Shown piece by piece: positions 9,011 through 15,552 of a stretch of 17,352 nucleotides of DNA. The position numbers were made by a program, and so were the translations under genes. How positions within the stretch are numbered: position 1 is the first letter of the stretch; each line of letters begins with the position of its first letter. Below the pieces are notes generated by a model. That model made no database searches. It worked only from the letters and a program-made list of their open reading frames with translations, and was not told where the DNA came from. The DNA is from Chlamydiia bacterium (GTDB lineage: Bacteria; Chlamydiota; Chlamydiia; Chlamydiales; RGXB01), in the NCBI GenBank assembly GCA_040382515.1, contig JBEIFH010000021.1, positions 1 to 17,352 of the forward strand, given 5' to 3'.

Positions 9011-9307
9011 ATGATGCATTTCGAAATTCTAAGAAAATCCTTGAACGGAACCCTTTTCGATTACGATCTCAGTCGAGATTTTGTCCCATTGGTAATGCGC
9101 CCGAAACTTGTAGAGGCTAAGGATAACCTTTTTCTCACATTAGGTCTTGGGGCCATTTTAGCGATAGGGGCAAGAGTCGCATCGATGGAGCCTACAAAGA
9201 AAAAATTTGTCGATGGGGCGATTTGCATTATGGCCGTCTCCAGTTTCTATACCTTTTTTTCTACGGCCCACAAGATGGCATCCCACATGCCTAAAAAAAG
9301 CGATTGA
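9011..9307 (+). CDS. Small two-TM hypothetical protein (98 aa), paralog of 8683-9000
   Basis: Starts 10 nt after the previous stop. Hydrophobic segments LFLTLGLGAILAIGA and FVDGAICIMAVSSFYTFF. Followed by a terminator. Confidence 0.8.
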   Translation: MMHFEILRKSLNGTLFDYDLSRDFVPLVMRPKLVEAKDNLFLTLGLGAILAIGARVASMEPTKKKFVDGAICIMAVSSFYTFFSTAHKMASHMPKKSD

Positions 9308-9344
9308 GCCCTTATAGGATATTTTAAATCCGATCTACCACAAT

Positions 9345-9380
9345 AAAAAGGGCCCGAAGTCGATTCGGGCCCCTTTTTTT
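9345..9380. terminator. Bidirectional Rho-independent terminator
   Basis: AAAAA, then stem GGGCCCGAA (9350-9358), loop GTCGA, stem TTCGGGCCC (9364-9372), then C and T7. Lies between convergent genes ending at 9307 and 9387. Confidence 0.92.
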
Positions 9381-9386
9381 AACAAC

Positions 9387-10679
9387 TCAGTAAATCCATG
9401 GACAAATCTTGTAGGGTACTTTTTTACAGTACGCATCCCAGTCTTCTTTGTACCTTAAGCGGCATCTATGGTCGTTTCGGTTTGCTCTATCCACCAATAA
9501 AATACACAAGAATAAGAAATAAAACCAGGGGAGCGCCAAGGTAAAACCTGCCGGCAGAGTCCAGAAGAAGGTAGCCATAAGCTCGAGAACATATCTGAAA
9601 TTTCTCGAGATGCCCCACAGGCCACCGGTGATGAGAGGATACACCTTGCCTTTATCCTCCCCCTCTTTCGAAGTCGCCTCAATATAGGTTATCTCGGTAA
9701 GTTTTCCGTTTTTCTGAAACTGTTCTCTCAATAACATTCTTTGAAAATCACACCAAAAATTCGCCATGATGGAGATTGCGCCAACGATAAACAAAATGAC
9801 TGCACTGGTACTAGTCAGTGTTTCAGGGAGGCGAACTAAAAAGAGCGGAACCGAAGTGTAAATTACAGGGAGCCAGACCAGACAACCCCAACAGATGTAA
9901 TACCCTGCGCGGTCGTGCATGATATCGATGGAACGCATGTACCCTTTTTCCCAAACAAAAAACTTTGTCACATATAAAAGCTGTAGACCCACGCTGACGA
10001 TCATCGCATAGGTCAAACCGCCTGTTTCTGCTTGTGTATATAGATAGCTAAGGATGATCAAGGGCCAACCCATCATACCAAAACGGCAATTGGTCCATTG
10101 CTTCAAATCTATCCCAAAAACACGGGGATAAAGCTCAGTGCCCCAGTAAAAATCGAAAATCAAGTTTCCTGTTTTGCTGTGATCGGAGCTCGATGGGAAG
10201 TAGATCCCTTTGATGTACAAAAAAGCACAAAAAATGAGGCTGAAAAGGTTCATCGAACCTATAAATTCCCCCAGATGGGCATAAAGCAACCCGGGATTGA
10301 AGAAATCGGTAAAATGTGTAAGGCCAAAAAAGGTCAGGAGGGTGATGACAAAGCAGGCTACCCCGTTTTCTTTGTAAATAGGAACATTCCCTTTTGCCGT
10401 CCTTGGTCCAAAATAGGTCTTGGCCGGGACAATCTTCATCAAAAGAATTTGGAATAGAGCATAACAGCCAAGGACAGACCAGGAGAAACGGGACCCAAAA
10501 AAAACGGGCCGGATCACTTCGTATAGAACGTTTTTAGCCCCTTCTTTGTGGAAAAAATCGAGTAATGCCGATAAAGAACCATCCAAGTTTGTGGCTGTGA
10601 ACCAAAAAAGAAAAGCGAATAAAGGAGTTGCCGTCATGAGAAAAAGCGGGCCGATTGTATAGCGAAAAAAATGGAACAT
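9387..10679 (-). CDS. Sterol reductase, ERG4/ERG24 family, 7-dehydrocholesterol reductase (DHCR7/DWF5)-like (430 aa)
   Basis: Polytopic membrane protein with family motifs YKENG, GNLIFDFYWGTELYPR, DLKQWTNCRFGMMGW, DIMHDRAGYYICWGCLVWLP..YT, GLWGISR, LLVDRA.R.D.RC and W..YC..VPY.I.P.IY. Confidence 0.93.
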   Translation of the reverse strand: MFHFFRYTIGPLFLMTATPLFAFLFWFTATNLDGSLSALLDFFHKEGAKNVLYEVIRPVFFGSRFSWSVLGCYALFQILLMKIVPAKTYFGPRTAKGNVPIYKENGVACFVITLLTFFGLTHFTDFFNPGLLYAHLGEFIGSMNLFSLIFCAFLYIKGIYFPSSSDHSKTGNLIFDFYWGTELYPRVFGIDLKQWTNCRFGMMGWPLIILSYLYTQAETGGLTYAMIVSVGLQLLYVTKFFVWEKGYMRSIDIMHDRAGYYICWGCLVWLPVIYTSVPLFLVRLPETLTSTSAVILFIVGAISIMANFWCDFQRMLLREQFQKNGKLTEITYIEATSKEGEDKGKVYPLITGGLWGISRNFRYVLELMATFFWTLPAGFTLALPWFYFLFLCILLVDRANRNDHRCRLRYKEDWDAYCKKVPYKICPWIY

Positions 10680-10680
10680 T

Positions 10681-11529
10681 TTACAGTGATATCCTTACCT
10701 CAATCGAGGCGTTTTTTTGTGTCAAAATTCTTGGATTGATTGCTGCTATGGGCTCAATGCAGATGAATGGGCTCTTATCCTTACGATACAGTTGAAACGA
10801 GAGATCGGGGTGTGCTTTTGCTTGAATCAAAAGGGACAAGGCGCCTCTTTTCACTTCAACCTCTGCGAACCCGTCGCGACCTAATTTGGGAGAAAAGGTA
10901 TAATCGAGCGGCCTATCGAGAGGTATTTTTAAAACCCGGTCTCCAAACCATTCGGGAGGAACCGACATTTTGTTTAATTTGTCATAGTAAAACGGAGCTC
11001 CGGCCAGATCTGCCGTTTTCATCGTTGGATCCAAGGCATAGTAAGTATGCAAACCCACAACAACCGGATTGGACGAGCTTTTGGCGCTATAGACAATACG
11101 GATCTCCCGCTCCGATACCTCAGCCTCAAATTCCAGCTTAAAATCGAATCCCTCGATTTCCGCTAAGGTCAAACCCTCAATTTCATCGTGAGAGTCCAAA
11201 ACAGCCTTGAACCGGCGCCCATCTTTTTCCAGGACTTTCCAAGGCACATACCTTGCTATTCCATGAGAAAATGGTTCTGCCTCGTTCCGAAAACGGAGCT
11301 TTTTTGAAAGACGGTTTAAAATTTCATCATTCAGGTAGGGAATCGTGTCTAGAGCTCTATGATGAAAATGGGGACCGATTAAAGGGCCAAGTCCCCTTGA
11401 ACTTTCCAGAAACTTCTCTTTTGTAGATTGCTCGATCAGTTCATGCCCCTCAATGACAAGGCTGACCATGTTTAAACCATGCTCAGGATCGAAAGTTGCT
11501 TTTACCCCCTTACCTTCAAGGACAATCAT
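10681..11529 (-). CDS. Aldose 1-epimerase / galactose mutarotase-like protein (282 aa)
   Basis: Motifs HGIARYVPW, GLHTYY, LDYTF and FICIEP match the mutarotase His/His/Asp/Glu pattern. ATG at 11529 overlaps the upstream TGA (ATGA), so it is preferred over the TTG at 11544. Confidence 0.8.
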   Translation of the reverse strand: MIVLEGKGVKATFDPEHGLNMVSLVIEGHELIEQSTKEKFLESSRGLGPLIGPHFHHRALDTIPYLNDEILNRLSKKLRFRNEAEPFSHGIARYVPWKVLEKDGRRFKAVLDSHDEIEGLTLAEIEGFDFKLEFEAEVSEREIRIVYSAKSSSNPVVVGLHTYYALDPTMKTADLAGAPFYYDKLNKMSVPPEWFGDRVLKIPLDRPLDYTFSPKLGRDGFAEVEVKRGALSLLIQAKAHPDLSFQLYRKDKSPFICIEPIAAINPRILTQKNASIEVRISL

Positions 11530-11870
11530 TTTGAGATCCTGCAAATTTCATCGATTTTTTTGGCTAAGATAAAATCATTGAGATGGAGCCCTTTGATTTT
11601 GTGCGTGTACAACCGGACAAAAAGGCGGCCCCAGGAGAGTTCCATATCGGGATGGTGCCCCTGCATTTCAGCTACAAAGGCTATGGCATTTAAGAGTTGA
11701 AGAGGTTTTGCAAAATCTTTGAAATGGAAGGTTTTTTCCAAAGCATGCGCACCCTCAATTACCCAACCGTCGAGTTGCGCCAAAAAGGGTTCTGCTTCGT
11801 TTCGATGTAGAGGTTCATCATTCGAGGAACAGGCTGTGCATTTCTTCGATTCTAGAAATTCTTTTCCCAT
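11526..11870 (-). CDS. phhB: Pterin-4-alpha-carbinolamine dehydratase (114 aa)
   Basis: Motifs F.FKDF, AEMQGHHPD, YTHKIKGLHLNDFILAKKID and an N-terminal CTAC. SD AAGGGGAG upstream. Confidence 0.93.
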   Translation of the reverse strand: MGKEFLESKKCTACSSNDEPLHRNEAEPFLAQLDGWVIEGAHALEKTFHFKDFAKPLQLLNAIAFVAEMQGHHPDMELSWGRLFVRLYTHKIKGLHLNDFILAKKIDEICRISK

Positions 11871-11975
11871 AAAAAAGAAATCTCCCCTTGGCTTTTATAT
11901 CGGTGATACCCGAAAAAAGAAATAGGGGGCAAGCCTTTTTTAAACTAAAAACGGGATTTCTACAGCTAGAAATTC

Positions 11976-13622
11976 TCAGGACTTGGGTTTTAAAACACCG
12001 ATATCCAATAAAAATAGGCGAAGCCCTAGGTCGGTGAGCTGTAAAAGGCTATACCCTTCTATATCCTCCCTTTCTTCGAAAAAGAGTGGGTTGTATGCAA
12101 AAGTATTTTCATCAACCAAAGGGAGCCTTTCGCGGTTTTTTGCGATCCAGTCTTTAAGGTCTTTCGAGGTGATGGTTTGGTAGATCTTCATCACACCTTT
12201 CCCGTCTAGAATCAGTTGTGGCCTCATCGCCTCTTTAAGCTTATCAACCCAATAGGAGGGGGATAGAGTTTGAAAATCTTTAGAAAAAAGACGTTTCCAT
12301 CCTAATGCATGTATTTTACCACTGAGAGCATCGCTCAAAAAGCCGGTATTTGCTGACGTAACTGCCGCAAATTCCCCGGTTTTTGTTCTAAGGAACGGTC
12401 TGGCGCTTAGGTGGACCCATTGCTGGAAATGGACATTATTGATCCCGCCAAAAAATTTTTCAAAAAAAGAGGCGGAAAATTTTCCTCCCTTTGCTTCCAT
12501 CGCCCTTAGCTTTTCGTTCAGCCATTCCCCCCTCACTTGAGACAGATAGGCATGAAATTTAGCCACTATCCCCTCCTCTTTAAAGGCCGGAAGCAACGAG
12601 GATATCTCCCCGATCCATCCATCGCTACAGTAGTTTCCGATATCGTTAAAAGATTTAATGAGCGGCTCCATCTCCTCTTTATTGAGCGTTGCCATGTAGC
12701 GCAAATATAGCCCCATTGAGTCGTCAAACAGGTCCAATCTTAAAGGTACTAGATCCGCAAACTTTCCATCCAGATAGGCTTTTTTTAGTTTTTCAAAGCC
12801 TTCGCCTAAAAACTCTTGGAAACCATATTCTTCTACTTTGGATAAAAATCGTTGGATGATCTCCCCTTTTTTTGGTTTATTCAGACCGTCTTTGAGCTCC
12901 AACTCAAGAAACGGAGGGATCAAATGCACCGATCGAATTTCGAATTCTAAAGGGGGAAGCGACTCCCCTCTTACCGCTTTTTGGGCATACTCTTGAGCGA
13001 CGTTTGGATCGAAGGTGAACGTTTTCGGTAAAGAAAGATTAGCGACATCGACACCTTTGCCCCGGCTCTGTAAAAACCGGTTGCATCCGTCAAAAATATC
13101 AATGCAATCTTCCAGCTTGTCCAAGAGCGTAAAAAGGTTCTCCACCGGAGTGGTAAAAAATTCATGCAACCTTAAAAAAAACCCGAAAAAACGGACTGAT
13201 TGATGGACCTGTACCGGCAATTTTTGATCCCGTTGCAATTGAGCTAAAAAAAGCCCTGCAAAAATTCCGGCAGCTCGCCGATAGGAGCGCAAACTACAAA
13301 GCGCTATTGCCGTAACGACCTGTAAACATCTGGAAAGACGGGCAAAAATACCTATGCCCTTATTAAGACGAGCTTGAAATGGCCCTTGAGGTAGAAGCAT
13401 ATACCCCATAGAGGTCAGCTGGGTCCATTTCGCAATCTTTTGTCTATTTGTATTAAAAAAAGAGTCCTTACCGGTTGAGGAGGCTATCGAGTTCCAGTGC
13501 ACCAAAAGGGAGTTGCAAATAACCGTTAGGACAGTAAAATGTTGCCCTCGGTCTAGTTGCCTCTGTTGCAAAAAAAGGTCGTTGAAGTATGTGCGTCTGA
13601 AAATACTTAAAGACTCGATCAT
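11976..13622 (-). CDS. Hypothetical protein (548 aa), possible effector with a NEL-like CxD motif
   Basis: Long ORF with SD GAAGGA. Basic/hydrophobic N-terminal third, then a helical domain containing GNYCSDGW (Cys332, codon 12627-12629). Function is inference only. Confidence 0.8.
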   Translation of the reverse strand: MIESLSIFRRTYFNDLFLQQRQLDRGQHFTVLTVICNSLLVHWNSIASSTGKDSFFNTNRQKIAKWTQLTSMGYMLLPQGPFQARLNKGIGIFARLSRCLQVVTAIALCSLRSYRRAAGIFAGLFLAQLQRDQKLPVQVHQSVRFFGFFLRLHEFFTTPVENLFTLLDKLEDCIDIFDGCNRFLQSRGKGVDVANLSLPKTFTFDPNVAQEYAQKAVRGESLPPLEFEIRSVHLIPPFLELELKDGLNKPKKGEIIQRFLSKVEEYGFQEFLGEGFEKLKKAYLDGKFADLVPLRLDLFDDSMGLYLRYMATLNKEEMEPLIKSFNDIGNYCSDGWIGEISSLLPAFKEEGIVAKFHAYLSQVRGEWLNEKLRAMEAKGGKFSASFFEKFFGGINNVHFQQWVHLSARPFLRTKTGEFAAVTSANTGFLSDALSGKIHALGWKRLFSKDFQTLSPSYWVDKLKEAMRPQLILDGKGVMKIYQTITSKDLKDWIAKNRERLPLVDENTFAYNPLFFEEREDIEGYSLLQLTDLGLRLFLLDIGVLKPKS

Positions 13623-13716
13623 GTTTTTCCTTCGGGCTTTCTAGGATTCTGATTTAAGGATTTTTTAAGAATTAAATGTAAAATCGTTCTATTTTTCATC
13701 CCTATAACCGTTTATT

Positions 13717-15384
13717 TCAAGAATTTTCACCGGCAAGCTTTTGAACCAAATCCCGGGTGATCACCGGCTCAAGTCCCAATTCTTTTGCCTCTCCCCTGAT
13801 TTTTTCTAAAAAAACGGGCTCGATAAAATGCTGCAACACGTAGGCCCAGAATGCTTTTTTACACCCCTTATCCCCTTTTGTTTGCAATTTGGAAGATTCT
13901 AAAACCGACTCAAATCTTTCCTGGCGCAGCATTCGGTAAAAAGACTTTAGCTTCTCAAAATTCTCCAGGCGCTCATGGGTCAAAGACTCCTCTTTTTTCA
14001 AGGCTTTGAGTTCCTCTTCTTTCCCTACTATAGACGGGGCAGATGTCCTTTGGTTTGCAACCAGATCCACAGATCGCAAGCTAAGGATCTCTTGTTCCAA
14101 AGTGTGGATTGTATTTTGTCTATCGGTGATGGTAAATGTTTGGCTGTGGTTGATGCAGCGCTTTAAAAGGTTCAATCCGGCTTGAGGCTGGGGTAGATCC
14201 TCCTCTTTTTGTCCGGACGACAACTTAAAGATGAGATCGATAGTCCCCTCTTCCATCATAGGGTGGGAAGGGTGTTTCAACGCAAACTGAGACAAGATCA
14301 GTTTTGTTTCAGCTTCGGTCGATCCCTTGAGCCTTATAGGCTGAAAGCGGAGGCTGAAGGCTCTATTTTTTTCCACGTGTTCCGCATATTCCCTATCGGT
14401 AGTGATCCCGATCACATGGGGGAGCTCCCCCCCCTCATCCAACATGGTTTTCAACACATCGGCAAGCTTTTCCTCCCCTCTGGCTACCATGTGTATCTCG
14501 TCCAAAACCAGGATAATATTATCTCTGTGGGGTCCCATCCGTTCGCTAAGCGCTTTCAAAGGGCTGACACTGGCCCAGCTTGGCTGCTTCTCAACCAAAA
14601 CGGAGCTGTTGACGTAAAAAACTTTCTTATCTTTGAGGTCGGGAATTTTTCCCTCTGCGACCGCCTTTGCAAAAGCGCGTACAGTGTGGGTCTTTCCAAC
14701 TCTTGAAGGGCCTACCAGTATCGGATGCTTTCCGATTTTTAGAATATTTCCAATACTCTGAATCACCTCTACTCGTCCGAAATATTCTTTATTTCCCTTC
14801 ATCACATCAGCCGATAGATTTTCACATTTCGGTAAAAATGACGGAATCGGCTCCAGCTTGTCCCAAATCAGGCTCAACAAAATAAAAAATGTGGTAAACA
14901 CGGTGTATCCAATTTTAAACGGAGCGCTCAGCAGCTCGGAAAAAGTGGCCCTCAATATCGATATCGTATTTACTTTTTGGCTTGCGCTCCACTCATGCTT
15001 TGGCGGCTCAAAAAAATCTTTTATACCGAAAGCTTGCACCATATTGTCAATTTGCAGGACGATGCCGGCTAAAAGGTCTTTGGTTTTTGTTTGCAATGAG
15101 GTTGAAGAGGGCAAAAGCGCCTGGTGGAAAATAGTGGCAAATTGCAGCTCTTTTTCAATAAATTCTTTTGCTTCCTCTATAGAAATATTTGTTTTGGTTC
15201 TTTCAACCAGCTTCTCAAGGGATTTTAAAAACTTTTTAGGATTTTGTATCGCCTCTTTCTCAAAATTTCTTGTGTAGTTTTGCTCAATAAGCTCCTGCGT
15301 TTTTTCTATCGAAGCGAGCCTTTCGGAGGTTGTTTCCTGAGATTGGGAAAACACGGAAGGCAAAAAAAGGTTTAACCCGTTCAT
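13717..15384 (-). CDS. Single-domain ClpA/ClpB-NBD1-like AAA+ ATPase with a hydrophobic segment and C-terminal coiled coil (555 aa)
   Basis: FGRVEVI, HPILV-GPSRVGKT (Walker A, 14689-14712), ILVLDEIH (Walker B), DVLKTML, VIGITTDREY, AFSLRFQPI. No second NBD. ATG at 15384 follows GGGAG and is preferred over the TTG at 15411. Confidence 0.87.
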   Translation of the reverse strand: MNGLNLFLPSVFSQSQETTSERLASIEKTQELIEQNYTRNFEKEAIQNPKKFLKSLEKLVERTKTNISIEEAKEFIEKELQFATIFHQALLPSSTSLQTKTKDLLAGIVLQIDNMVQAFGIKDFFEPPKHEWSASQKVNTISILRATFSELLSAPFKIGYTVFTTFFILLSLIWDKLEPIPSFLPKCENLSADVMKGNKEYFGRVEVIQSIGNILKIGKHPILVGPSRVGKTHTVRAFAKAVAEGKIPDLKDKKVFYVNSSVLVEKQPSWASVSPLKALSERMGPHRDNIILVLDEIHMVARGEEKLADVLKTMLDEGGELPHVIGITTDREYAEHVEKNRAFSLRFQPIRLKGSTEAETKLILSQFALKHPSHPMMEEGTIDLIFKLSSGQKEEDLPQPQAGLNLLKRCINHSQTFTITDRQNTIHTLEQEILSLRSVDLVANQRTSAPSIVGKEEELKALKKEESLTHERLENFEKLKSFYRMLRQERFESVLESSKLQTKGDKGCKKAFWAYVLQHFIEPVFLEKIRGEAKELGLEPVITRDLVQKLAGENS

Positions 15385-15515
15385 TTTTAAAAACTCCCAT
15401 AAAAAAATCAAAATAAGGGGGTATTTTAACAGATCCTTTGTTTAAATTATCCTATTATTTCCTTGATCCGACCAAAACAATCCATCTAAAAAAGGGTGAG
15501 GAAGTTAAGGTTTGT

Positions 15516-15545
15516 TTGTCTCTAATGACCCATTTAGGCTACACT
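15516..15545 (+). promoter_or_regulatory. Candidate sigma70-type promoter of recD2
   Basis: TTGTCT (15516-15521), 18-nt spacer, TACACT (15540-15545). The ATG follows after 7 nt with no SD. Confidence 0.45.
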
Positions 15546-15552
15546 CCGTTGC

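Noticed and set aside
13717..15384. Calling this gene clpB or a clpB pseudogene
   Set aside because: It has no Clp N-domain, no NBD2 and no frameshifted remnant, yet it has an intact frame with its own SD and distinct termini.
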